From Devosia equisanguinis (GTDB lineage Bacteria > Pseudomonadota > Alphaproteobacteria > Rhizobiales > Hyphomicrobiaceae): a DNA stretch of 30,754 nucleotides. Shown piece after piece: positions 1 to 9,235 of this stretch. Numbering within the stretch: position 1 is the first letter of the stretch; each line of letters starts with the position of its first letter. The notes under the pieces were generated by a model, which was not told the origin of the DNA, did not search any database, and saw only the letters and a list, made by a program, of their open reading frames with translations. Location of the stretch: positions 1 to 30,754 of the forward strand of contig CAMDMH010000001.1 in assembly GCA_945901835.1 (NCBI GenBank), read 5' to 3'. A program made the translations under genes and the position numbers.

Positions 1-70
1 CGGTTCCGTAACGCTGACAGAATTCGATGAAGCTCAGCCCCTTCTGGAACTGCACCTTGTTGCGTGGCAT
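1..70 (-). CDS. IS1595-family transposase, N-terminal fragment (runs off the window)
   Basis: Reverse complement of 1-70 translates MPRNKVQFQKGLSFIEFCQRYGT, the characteristic N-terminus preceding the Zn ribbon in IS1595 transposases. GGAGG lies 5 nt upstream of the ATG. Not in the ORF track. Confidence 0.8.
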   Translation of the reverse strand, partial: MPRNKVQFQKGLSFIEFCQRYGT

Positions 71-148
71 GTCGGCCTCCCGTCCGGCCTCGGAAGACCG
101 CGTAACAAGCGGATGTGGCGGCATAGAGGTCATGACGGGGTAATCAAG
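1..148 (-). mobile_element. Left end of an IS1595-family insertion sequence (partial; continues beyond the window start)
   Basis: The minus strand from 148 reads CTTGATTACCCC, matching the CcTGATT terminal consensus I recall for the IS1595 subgroup. 78 bp inside it a transposase-like ORF starts. Confidence 0.75.
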
Positions 149-149
149 A

Positions 150-1448
150 ATGTCCATGTCCGAATTGATCGGCGGCAACAAGCGTGGGCCGTCGCGCCGC
201 ACGATCGTGCGCACGGGTCTAGGGGCTGCGGTCTCGATGCCGGCGATCCTGAGCGTGATCCCAGTCAACGCGCAGAGCCGCGTCATCAAGATCGGGCACG
301 TCTCCCCGCGCACGGGACCGCTCGCGGCCTTCGGCGAGGCCGATCCGTTCGTGCTCGACGGCATCAACAAGCTGATCGGGCAAGGCATCCAGGTCGGCGG
401 GCGCACCTATCCGGTGCAGATCATCTCGAAGGACAGCCAGTCCAACGCCTCGCGCGCGGCGGAAGTCGCGGCGGAACTGATCCTGCGCGACAAGGTGGAC
501 CTGATCGTGGGCGCGTCGACGCCGGACACGACGAACCCGGTCGCCGACCAGGCCGAGGTCAACGAGGTGCCCTGCATCACCACGGACTGCCCTTGGCAGC
601 CGTACTTTTTCGGGCGCAAGGGCGATCCCAAGAAGGGCTTCAACTGGACCTATCATTTCTTCTGGGGCCTCGAAGACATTCTGGGCGCGTTCACGGCGCT
701 GTGGGATCAGGCCGGCACCAACAAGGTGGTCGGCGGCATGTTCTCCAACGACGCTGATAGCAACGCGTTCGGCGACAAGGAGCGGGGCTTCCCGCCGGCG
801 CTGGCGAAGGCCGGCTTCAAGCTGGTCGATCCCGGCCGGTTCCAGCTGCTGTCGAACGACTTCACGGCGCAGATCGCTGCATTCAAGGCGGCGAACGTGG
901 AGATCGTGACGGGCGTGTTCATTCCGCCTGATTTCTCGACGTTCTGGAGCCAAGCGGCCCAGCAGGGCTTCAAGCCGAAGGTCGTCACCGTCGCCAAGGC
1001 GTTGCTGTTCCCGACCACGGTCGGACCGTTGGGCGCGCGCGGCACGGGGCTCACAACGGAAGTGTGGTGGAGCCCGAGCCATCCCTACAAATCGAGCCTG
1101 ACGGGCGATAGCGCGAAGTCGCTGTGCGATGCCTACACCGCCTCGACCAAGCGGCCGTGGACGCAGCCGATAGGGTTCAAGCATGCGCTGTTCGAGGTCG
1201 CTATCGACGTGCTGAAGCGGGCGAAGAGCCTCGAAGCCAAGCCGATACTCGATTCGATCGTAGCGACCAACGCGCAGACGATCGTGGGGCCGGTCGCCTG
1301 GGGCAAGGGGCCGGTCAAGAACGTGACAAAGACGCCGCTGGTCGCCGGCCAGTGGAAGGGCGGGCCGAACGGTCCTGAGCTGGTGATCACCACGAACTCG
1401 ACCGCGCCGAACATCCCTGTTGGGGGCAAGCTGGATATTCTGGGTTGA
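150..1448 (+). CDS. ABC transporter substrate-binding protein, branched-chain amino acid/amide (LivK-like) family, Tat-type leader
   Basis: 432 aa; SRRTIV twin-Arg-like leader; IKIGHVSPRTGPLAAFG, DSQSNASRAAEVAAELI and NDFTAQIAAFKAANVEIV motifs. Alternative start at 156. Confidence 0.9.
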   Translation: MSMSELIGGNKRGPSRRTIVRTGLGAAVSMPAILSVIPVNAQSRVIKIGHVSPRTGPLAAFGEADPFVLDGINKLIGQGIQVGGRTYPVQIISKDSQSNASRAAEVAAELILRDKVDLIVGASTPDTTNPVADQAEVNEVPCITTDCPWQPYFFGRKGDPKKGFNWTYHFFWGLEDILGAFTALWDQAGTNKVVGGMFSNDADSNAFGDKERGFPPALAKAGFKLVDPGRFQLLSNDFTAQIAAFKAANVEIVTGVFIPPDFSTFWSQAAQQGFKPKVVTVAKALLFPTTVGPLGARGTGLTTEVWWSPSHPYKSSLTGDSAKSLCDAYTASTKRPWTQPIGFKHALFEVAIDVLKRAKSLEAKPILDSIVATNAQTIVGPVAWGKGPVKNVTKTPLVAGQWKGGPNGPELVITTNSTAPNIPVGGKLDILG

Positions 1449-1454
1449 ACGGTC

Positions 1455-1470
1455 TTGGGGTCAGACCCGC
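1455..1470. repeat. GGGGTCAGACCC-type short intergenic repeat, copy 1 (single arm)
   Basis: TTGGGGTCAGACCCGC matches TTGGGGTCAGTCCCGC at 25711-25726 at 15/16 positions; both follow a stop codon. Confidence 0.55.
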
Positions 1471-1533
1471 CAAGTCTTCGCGGGGATGTGATAAGGTTGA
1501 TCTCGTCGCGACGGGCAACAAAACGCGAGAAAA

Positions 1534-1956
1534 ATGACTACTATCGTAGCCAGAGCCCTCCCTGATGGCAGCCTCGTCGAGGTGTTGCCGGACGGTACGA
1601 CACGCCCGATGCACGATCCGATGGATTGGGCAACCGCAGAGGCCTTGACGGACGAAGAGATTATCGCAGCAGCACTGGCCGATCCCGATGCACAACCGCT
1701 GAGCGATGAAGCGCGCGCCCGCGCCCATCAAGGGCCACCACCACGCGTCGTGCGACACAAGCTGAAGCTATCGCAGGAAGAGTTCTGCGCGCGCTACCAT
1801 ATTCCGCTGGCTACACTCGTGGGATGGGAGACGCGCATGATAATGCCTGACGCCGTCGTGCTGGCGTACATGCAAGTCATCATGGCGGACCCGGAAGGCG
1901 TCGCGAAGGCGCTAAACCGCAATCCCGCTGCGCCCCAATCACGGGCAGCTGAATAG
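1534..1956 (+). CDS. XRE-family helix-turn-helix protein, antitoxin-like (HigA/MqsA-type C-terminus)
   Basis: 140 aa; C-terminal VRHKLKLSQEEFCARYHIPLATLVGWE HTH; N-terminal DWATAEALTDEEIIAAALADPDAQPL segment typical of alphaproteobacterial antitoxin-like regulators. Confidence 0.8.
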   Translation: MTTIVARALPDGSLVEVLPDGTTRPMHDPMDWATAEALTDEEIIAAALADPDAQPLSDEARARAHQGPPPRVVRHKLKLSQEEFCARYHIPLATLVGWETRMIMPDAVVLAYMQVIMADPEGVAKALNRNPAAPQSRAAE

Positions 1957-1966
1957 CTCCGTCTGT

Positions 1967-1987
1967 TCGACATTTCAGAGATGTCGA
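1967..1987. terminator. Possible bidirectional terminator hairpin between convergent genes
   Basis: TCGACAT-7 nt-ATGTCGA perfect 7-bp stem between stops at 1956 and 1991; no U-tract. Confidence 0.35.
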
Positions 1988-1990
1988 CGA

Positions 1991-2278
1991 TCACCGCCTT
2001 GGCCTGCGTGCCGCGGGGAACGGCGCCTGCAACACCTCGTCGATACGATCGCATTTGTCTTTGCCGAGCCCTGAATAGTATCGCGCAGCCGACAGACAGC
2101 GGCGGATACGATTGTTTCGTCTCGCCGCTTTCAGAACCTCATCAAGAAGATCCGGCGATGCATGAAACAAGAATGAGGCAAGCTCATTCCGGCCGAGCTC
2201 TTCCTCCTCCTCCTGGCTTTCCGCCGAAGCAAGGCGCGCCAGTATGTCAGCCAGCCGGCTCTCGTCGTCGATGCTCAT
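1991..2278 (-). CDS. Small helical hypothetical protein (95 aa), possibly DUF6869-like
   Basis: GGAGG 7 nt upstream of the ATG at 2278, so the start is moved from the track's 2347; MSIDDESRL...LLDEVLKAARRNNRIRRCL. Confidence 0.6.
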   Translation of the reverse strand: MSIDDESRLADILARLASAESQEEEEELGRNELASFLFHASPDLLDEVLKAARRNNRIRRCLSAARYYSGLGKDKCDRIDEVLQAPFPAARRPRR

Positions 2279-2333
2279 GACAACACCTCCGAACGGGCAT
2301 CGAGCCCCGTCCGCCGACAGACACGATCGAAGC

Positions 2334-3326
2334 TCATTCGCATCCACCTTGACCGATCGTTACCACCACGCTGCCGACCTTCCGCTGGGAATCGGCGCGG
2401 GCGTGCGCATCGGCAATTCGGTCGAGCGGGAAGTGGCTGTCGATCACCGGTTTGAATGCGCCGGCCTCACACAGGGCTTTGAGCGTCGCCAGATCCTGCG
2501 CTCGCTCCGGCGCGGGACCACCGGCCACCTTCAATCCACTTGCCCTGGATTGGAGCGGCGATTTGAGCAGTTCGCCCAGCCCGGCCACGAGAAGCAGCAA
2601 CCGGCCCTTCTCGGTCAGCGCGTTCCGACAGCGCGCAAACGAAGCGTTACCGACCGAATCCAAGATGATGTCCCATCGCGCACCGCTCGCAGCAAAGTCG
2701 GCCACGGCGTAATCGATCACCTCGTCGGCGCCGAGGGAGCGGGCGAGACCGGCATTGGCGGCCGAGCAGACGCCGGTGACATGGGCACCGAAATGTCGGG
2801 CCAACTGCACGGCCGCTGAACCGACCGCGCCCGAAGCGCCGTTGACCAGGACGCGTTCGCCGGGCTGGACGCCGGCGACATCGCGCAGGAAATAGAGCGC
2901 CGTCGTGCCTCCAAACGAGATGGAGGCGGCTTCCTCGAACGTGAAGCCGGCAGGCATGGGCGCAATCGGGCCGTCCTCGGGCATGGCCTTGAACTCGGCG
3001 TGACAGCCCATACCAACGCCGCTGAAGGCAAACACCTTGTCTCCAGGGCGATACCGTGTGACCTTCGTACCGACCGCTTCGACGACGCCTGCGAGTTCCG
3101 TGCCGAGGATCGGCGTGCGCGGCCGGGTCAGACCAAGAAACAGCCTGGCCGGCAACGCGAAGCCTGCAGGGAACCTCGCACCGCGCACGCGTGCGTCGGC
3201 AGAGGACACGGTCGTCGCGAGGACGCGGATGACAATCTCGCCGGGCTTGGCAAGCGGAGCCGGGATCTCACGCACCTGCACCACATCTGGCCCACCATAG
3301 GCTGCGCAAACGGCTGCTTTCATCAT
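2334..3326 (-). CDS. NAD(P)-dependent medium-chain dehydrogenase/reductase (quinone-oxidoreductase-like, Zn-independent type)
   Basis: MMKAAVCAAYGGPDV start; GTELAGVVEAVG (GHE Zn motif replaced by GTE); VLVNGASGAVGSAAVQLARHFGA nucleotide-binding motif. The track ORF's 145-aa N-terminal extension is not supported. Confidence 0.9.
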   Translation of the reverse strand: MMKAAVCAAYGGPDVVQVREIPAPLAKPGEIVIRVLATTVSSADARVRGARFPAGFALPARLFLGLTRPRTPILGTELAGVVEAVGTKVTRYRPGDKVFAFSGVGMGCHAEFKAMPEDGPIAPMPAGFTFEEAASISFGGTTALYFLRDVAGVQPGERVLVNGASGAVGSAAVQLARHFGAHVTGVCSAANAGLARSLGADEVIDYAVADFAASGARWDIILDSVGNASFARCRNALTEKGRLLLLVAGLGELLKSPLQSRASGLKVAGGPAPERAQDLATLKALCEAGAFKPVIDSHFPLDRIADAHARADSQRKVGSVVVTIGQGGCE

Positions 3327-3570
3327 GCTGTCCCGGATTTGCCCATTTTGGTACCGTCGAAAACCGGGCTGACCATTCCTTCGCGATACGACGAAACTAT
3401 GATCTTCAGACACAATGTTCAGCCCCTTGCGGCTGGATGGGAGCAGCGCAATATCCTGTTGGTCGGAACGGCGCGAAAGGGCTACACATCGGGCAGGGTG
3501 CGGACGGTCGTTACGATCAGCTTGCGCCAACCCGGGATGAGCCCCGGCACCACATATCCAGGAGCAGATC

Positions 3571-4749
3571 ATGGCCAGTGTCCCGGCGAAGACGCTAATG
3601 CAGTATCTCGACAAGGCCTCCGGCGCGCTGCGCGACATGGGGCTACTGCCGGACAAGATCGAGCCGTCACCGATCAATGCTCTGCTCGACAAGATCGCCG
3701 ATATCGACAAGGACAAGGCCGCGATGATCGCCCGCACGCTCGCGCAGGGCGAAGTATTCAACGAGGTCGTGCGCGAACAGACCTCGAAAATGGAGATCGG
3801 CGAGCGCTACCAGCTTATCACCAACGGGTTCAACTCGATCCGCGACGACAGCAAGCGGCTGGTCGATCAGGTGGCGGACGGCAAGATCGACATGCTGGAG
3901 CGCGGCACCAACATCTGGATGAAGCTGGCGCGCGGCGATATCGCGGACCGGTTCGACAAAATCCGCGGGGTGTATCTGGCCGTCACGAAAGAGACCAAGA
4001 ACCAGATCGAGCGCGAGGCGAAGATTCTCGACGCCTATCGCGATTATCGCGGCGCGCTGAAGCACGCCGAGGTGATGGCGCTCGAGATCCTGAAGAAGGC
4101 CGAAGGCAAGCTCGACGCCGCCAAGAAGCTGCTCGGGGAGGCCTCGACCGCCGTCGGCAGCTTCTCCGGCACGGAGCCGGCGGAACGCGCCAAGCTCGAA
4201 CTCGCGCGGGACGAGGAGCTGCGCCGGACGCAAGAGGAGGAGAAGCGCTACCAGATCGCCAAGGACCTCTCCGACAACATGACGATCGGATACAATACGT
4301 CAGAAGTCATCATGGCGCGGCTGATGCAGCTCACTTCGGCGAAGGAGCGAGTCTACAGTCAGGCGGTGTCGTTCTTCTCGACCAACGACAGCGTGCTGAC
4401 CGCGCTCAAGGCGTCGTTCACGGGCATGTTCGGGCTGCACGAGTCGACGAAGACGCTCGATGCCATGAAAGAAGGCATGTCGAAGAGCCTCGAGGATCTC
4501 GCCAAGATCGGCGACAAGGTTCAGGAGGCCGCGGTCCGCGCCGGCTACGGTCCGACGGTTCGTGCAGAGGCGGTCAAGATGCTCGTGGAGAGCGTCGTCG
4601 GCTTCCAGGAGCGCTCGCGCGAGATCATCGCGGAGGTGCGCAAGCTCTCGACGCAGAACTCTTCGGAAATCCGAGAGGCGGTTGAGGCCGGCAAGAAGCG
4701 CGTCGCCCGGTTGGCCGCTTCGATCGAGGCGCTCCCAGGACCGGGTTGA
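3571..4749 (+). CDS. Soluble all-helical coiled-coil protein, divergent TelA/KlaB (toxic anion resistance)-like
   Basis: 392 aa; GGAG upstream of the ATG; no signal peptide or TM segment; DIADRFDKI...IEREAKILDAY and GPTVRAEAVKMLVESV segments echo TelA blocks (by eye). Confidence 0.85.
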   Translation: MASVPAKTLMQYLDKASGALRDMGLLPDKIEPSPINALLDKIADIDKDKAAMIARTLAQGEVFNEVVREQTSKMEIGERYQLITNGFNSIRDDSKRLVDQVADGKIDMLERGTNIWMKLARGDIADRFDKIRGVYLAVTKETKNQIEREAKILDAYRDYRGALKHAEVMALEILKKAEGKLDAAKKLLGEASTAVGSFSGTEPAERAKLELARDEELRRTQEEEKRYQIAKDLSDNMTIGYNTSEVIMARLMQLTSAKERVYSQAVSFFSTNDSVLTALKASFTGMFGLHESTKTLDAMKEGMSKSLEDLAKIGDKVQEAAVRAGYGPTVRAEAVKMLVESVVGFQERSREIIAEVRKLSTQNSSEIREAVEAGKKRVARLAASIEALPGPG

Positions 4750-4767
4750 TCGTCCAATCCCCCTAAG

Positions 4768-4788
4768 CCCTCCCCCCACCGGGGAGGG
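4768..4788. repeat. REP-like hairpin (CCCTCCCC/GGGGAGGG family)
   Basis: CCCTCCCC-CCACC-GGGGAGGG perfect 8-bp stem in a CCCCCTAAGCCCTCCCC...GGGGAGGGGGAC context in the 4750-4815 gap. Confidence 0.65.
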
Positions 4789-4815
4789 GGACGCGTATTG
4801 CTTGGATGATCGCGA

Positions 4816-5789
<974 letters not shown>

Positions 5790-5835
5790 ACCAATCGCAC
5801 GACGCAGACGGCGCGCAACGGAAATCAAGCCAAGT

Positions 5836-7329
5836 ATGTGGACCGGACGGCAGACACTCGGCGAGATCGAGGGCACGCTTTCGAAGCTGCGCCGCGACGA
5901 AGGCCAACTCGACGGCGCGCTGGCGTCGGCGACGGGGCAGGCGGAGCAGCTGCGCGGCGAGCGCGCCAATGCGCTGCGGGAGATGGCGCGCATCAAGCTC
6001 GACGAGATGGCGGCCGGGCGGCTGGTGCGCAATCTGGACGCCGCGGAGCAGCGCGCCGGGCAGATCCTAGAAAACCGCCGGCTGCGCCTCGAAGCCCTCA
6101 ACGCGCAGCAGAAGACGCTCGGCGATGAGGTCGCGCAAGCGGAAGCAGAGCGCCACAGCGCGTCTGCGGCGGTCGAGGAGGCGCTGGAAGCCGTCGACGA
6201 AATCCGCGCGCGGGCGGAGGCCGACGTCAAGACTGTCGCTGCGTGGATAGACGCGAAGAAAGCGCACGAGTTTGCCGATCAGATTGCCGTCGAGGCCGAG
6301 AAAAAGGCCGCGCAGTCGGAAGCGGAACTCGGAGCAAAGAAGAAGCCCTACGATAACGATCCGTTGTTTGCCTACCTGTGGAACGCGAAGTTCGGCACGA
6401 GCCAGTATGCGGCGGGGAACCTCACACGCCTCGTCGACCGGATGGTGGCCGACTTCATCGGGTATCAGGACTCGCGTGCCAGCTACGCGATGCTGACCCA
6501 GATCCAGCTTCGGCTGCGGGAGCATGCCAATCGCCAACGCAACGCAGCCGACGACGTACGTATGACGATCGCTGCGCTCGAGCGTCAGGCGATGGTCGAA
6601 GCGGGCATCGAGCCGAAGGAGCGCGTGCTCGCCGAGGCACGGCACAAGCTCGCCGCGGCGGACGGCAATGCGGAACGGCGGCGGGGCCTGCTCAAAGACG
6701 TCGAGGCCAAGCGGACCGCGATGCTGGGTGGGGGCAACGATCCTGCATACTCGGAAGCAATGCAGACCATCGTCGAAGGGGATTCGCAGGACGACATCGG
6801 CACGCTCTACGAGGAAGCGAAACGTACGCGAACGCCGACCGACGACATGATCGTGCGGCGGATCGGCGGGCTCGACGAACGTCTGGCCGAGATCGACAAG
6901 GAAACCGCCGCGCTGCGCAAGGCGGCGCGCGAGATGGCCGGCCGCAGAACGGAAGTCGAGCAGGTTCGAGAGCGTTTCCGGAACTCCGGCTTCGATCATC
7001 CCAATGCGACGTTCCGCAACGAAAGCGAGATCGGCGCCGTGCTCGGGCAGATCCTGGAAGGCGCCGTCCGCAGCGGCATCCTATGGGACCTCCTCCGCGG
7101 GGGCTTCGGAACCCGGCCTGGGCGTGGACGGCCCGACTTCGGCGCGCCGACGTTCCCGTTTCCGTTCCCGATGCCGGGCGGGGGTGAAGGTGCGCGCGGT
7201 GGCGAATGGCGCCAACCCGGCACGCGCGGCGGGTGGACGCCGCCGTTCCCCTCGGGGGGCGGTGGTGGCGGTGGCGGAAACGACAACGACAGCGGCGGAG
7301 GCGGCTTTTCGACCGGCGGCTCTTTCTAG
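5836..7329 (+). CDS. Long coiled-coil hypothetical protein with Pro/Gly-rich C-terminal tail
   Basis: 497 aa; A/E/R/Q-rich heptads; central PYDNDPLFAYLWNAKFGT block; tail ends GGGFSTGGSF; no Walker A motif, no signal peptide. Confidence 0.85.
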   Translation: MWTGRQTLGEIEGTLSKLRRDEGQLDGALASATGQAEQLRGERANALREMARIKLDEMAAGRLVRNLDAAEQRAGQILENRRLRLEALNAQQKTLGDEVAQAEAERHSASAAVEEALEAVDEIRARAEADVKTVAAWIDAKKAHEFADQIAVEAEKKAAQSEAELGAKKKPYDNDPLFAYLWNAKFGTSQYAAGNLTRLVDRMVADFIGYQDSRASYAMLTQIQLRLREHANRQRNAADDVRMTIAALERQAMVEAGIEPKERVLAEARHKLAAADGNAERRRGLLKDVEAKRTAMLGGGNDPAYSEAMQTIVEGDSQDDIGTLYEEAKRTRTPTDDMIVRRIGGLDERLAEIDKETAALRKAAREMAGRRTEVEQVRERFRNSGFDHPNATFRNESEIGAVLGQILEGAVRSGILWDLLRGGFGTRPGRGRPDFGAPTFPFPFPMPGGGEGARGGEWRQPGTRGGWTPPFPSGGGGGGGGNDNDSGGGGFSTGGSF

Positions 7330-7440
7330 CCACCTGCGTGCTATGTCGGCCCGCGCACTTCCTGAGGGGCCGTCAAACGCGCTACTCTCTGGCAAGCGTT
7401 CATTCAGCCAAACCTCACTCGTTCAGGATTTCACGCTCCC

Positions 7441-8100
7441 ATGACCACGCCCGCCTATGAGCTTCGGCTCATCGAAGACAAGCTGCATTCGGGGACGGTT
7501 CTCGAATTGCCGGCCGACAACATCAACCGGGTCGTCTATGTGGCGCATGGCTCGATCAAGACGAGCGAAGGCCGCTTCGAGGACAACTCGGCGTGGTGCG
7601 GGCGAGGTGCTGCGCGCCTCGTCGCGGAAGCGAACGGTGCGGCGCTGTGGCGGTTCGAGGTCGTGCTGGCCGGTGCCGCCGTCACGTCGGCCTCCGTCAA
7701 AGCCGGAACGTCACGCGTCAAGCTGACGGCTCCGCTCAAGTGGCCGATCGCCGACGCGGTACTGCTGCGCGCCGACAGCGTCGCGTTTCCACCCGGCGGA
7801 TGCGCCTACCTGCATACGCACCAGGGGCCGGGCATCCGTTGCCTGATCGAAGGCGGCGTGCGGATCGACACCGACGGGCACTCGACCTGCTACGCACCCG
7901 GCGGCGCATGGTTCGAGGCAGGCCCCATTCCTGTTTTCGCGCAGGCGGCCGCGGACCGTCCGAGCCGCTTCATCCGCGTGATGGTGCTGCCAGTTCGTCT
8001 GAAAGGCCTAAGCTCGATCGCTTATGTCAACGCGGAGGATCGAGACAAACCGAAGTCACAAAGCTATAAGATTTTCGTCGATCAGCCGATCGACGTTTGA
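7441..8100 (+). CDS. Cupin-domain protein (probable bicupin)
   Basis: 219 aa; AFPPGGCAYLHTHQGPGIRCLIEGGVRI cupin motif 1 and YAPGGAWFEAG motif 2; degenerate N-terminal cupin. Confidence 0.75.
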   Translation: MTTPAYELRLIEDKLHSGTVLELPADNINRVVYVAHGSIKTSEGRFEDNSAWCGRGAARLVAEANGAALWRFEVVLAGAAVTSASVKAGTSRVKLTAPLKWPIADAVLLRADSVAFPPGGCAYLHTHQGPGIRCLIEGGVRIDTDGHSTCYAPGGAWFEAGPIPVFAQAAADRPSRFIRVMVLPVRLKGLSSIAYVNAEDRDKPKSQSYKIFVDQPIDV

Positions 8101-8125
8101 AGTCTTTCACCCTCCGGAGACGTCG

Positions 8126-9115
8126 ATGCGGAAGTTCGAGGCCAGCCTCGCTGCGCTGGTGTCAGTTGTCGTCGCGGTAGCATTCTGCGCATTGCCGGCT
8201 GCCGCACAAAGCTATCCCGACCGTCCGGTTCGCGTGAACGTCGGGTTTGCAGCAGGCAGCGCCTCGGACGTCGTCTACCGCATCGTGCTCGAGAAGGCGG
8301 CGACCGAACTCGGCAAACCGAACATCTTCGTGTTCGAGAACATGCCGGGCGCGGGCGGCAACAACGGTCTTGCCAGTGTGAAGCGGGCCGACCCGGACGG
8401 CTATACGTTAGCTGCAACCGCCGGCGGACCGCTGGCGGTGAACAAGTGGCTGTTCAAGAGCATCCCGTTCGACCCGGAAACGGACTTCGAGCCAGTCGCG
8501 ATGCTGACCGTCAATCCGCTCGTGGTGGCAGTAAGCGCGAAGGCGCCATTCAAGACGCTGGCGGATCTGACCGCCTACGCCAAAGCGAACCCCGACAAGA
8601 TCACGTACTCGTCGGTCGGCCCGGGCAGCGGTCAGCACTTGGGCGGCATCCAGTTCGAGCTTCTCAACGGCGTAAAGATGCGGCATCTGCCGTATCGCAT
8701 CACGGGCCAGCTGGTCACGGATCTGATCACCGGCGAGGTGCCGCTGAGCTTCCAGAACATCATCAACGTGCTCGAGCAGGCACGCGGCGGCCAAGTGAAC
8801 CTGTTGGCGCTGGCGGCGAAGACGCGTCATCCGTCGATACCGGACACGCCGACGACGGCAGAAGCGGGTATGCCCGCGTTCCTTTCCAATTCCTGGTTCG
8901 CCGTCGTGGCTCCCAAGGGAACGCCGCGCGCCATCATCGATACCTTGAACAAGGCTGCCGGCGCTGCCCTCACCGACGCCGCGACGATCAAGAGGCTGCA
9001 GGACATCGGGACAGAGCCGACACCGATGACGCCCGACCAGTTAAAGGCTTTCATCGCGGCGGAGAACGTGAGCTGGAAAGACATGATCGCCAAGTCCGGG
9101 TTGCCGCCGATGTAG
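8126..9115 (+). CDS. Bug/TctC tripartite tricarboxylate transporter substrate-binding protein
   Basis: 329 aa from MRKFEAS (GGAGA RBS); YPDRPVRVNVGFAAGSASD, ENMPGAGG, ADPDGYTL, PDTPTTAEAG. Confidence 0.92.
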   Translation: MRKFEASLAALVSVVVAVAFCALPAAAQSYPDRPVRVNVGFAAGSASDVVYRIVLEKAATELGKPNIFVFENMPGAGGNNGLASVKRADPDGYTLAATAGGPLAVNKWLFKSIPFDPETDFEPVAMLTVNPLVVAVSAKAPFKTLADLTAYAKANPDKITYSSVGPGSGQHLGGIQFELLNGVKMRHLPYRITGQLVTDLITGEVPLSFQNIINVLEQARGGQVNLLALAAKTRHPSIPDTPTTAEAGMPAFLSNSWFAVVAPKGTPRAIIDTLNKAAGAALTDAATIKRLQDIGTEPTPMTPDQLKAFIAAENVSWKDMIAKSGLPPM

Positions 9116-9235
9116 ACTGCCGATATAGACTCGAGGCTCGGGCTTCGGCGCTTCGGGCCAAGACAACGACGCACCTGCCACGACAGGATCGCGCGAACAA
9201 CCTGCTCGAAAAGCGGTCGAACAAGGGAGGACGGC

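Noticed and set aside
3440-3500. ECF or heat-shock promoter for the three-gene operon (GGAAC at about 3464)
   Set aside because: No matching -10 element (CGTT or CTATAT) at the expected spacing.
3327-3761. N-terminal extensions in the ORF track (e.g. MDR to 3761, 8024, 13231, 18690, 24155, 25836)
   Set aside because: Homology-like sequence and SD sites begin at the downstream starts, and several extensions overlap neighbouring genes.
5836-7329. SMC/chromosome-segregation ATPase call for the coiled-coil protein
   Set aside because: No Walker A/B or ABC signature motif; resemblance is only coiled-coil composition.
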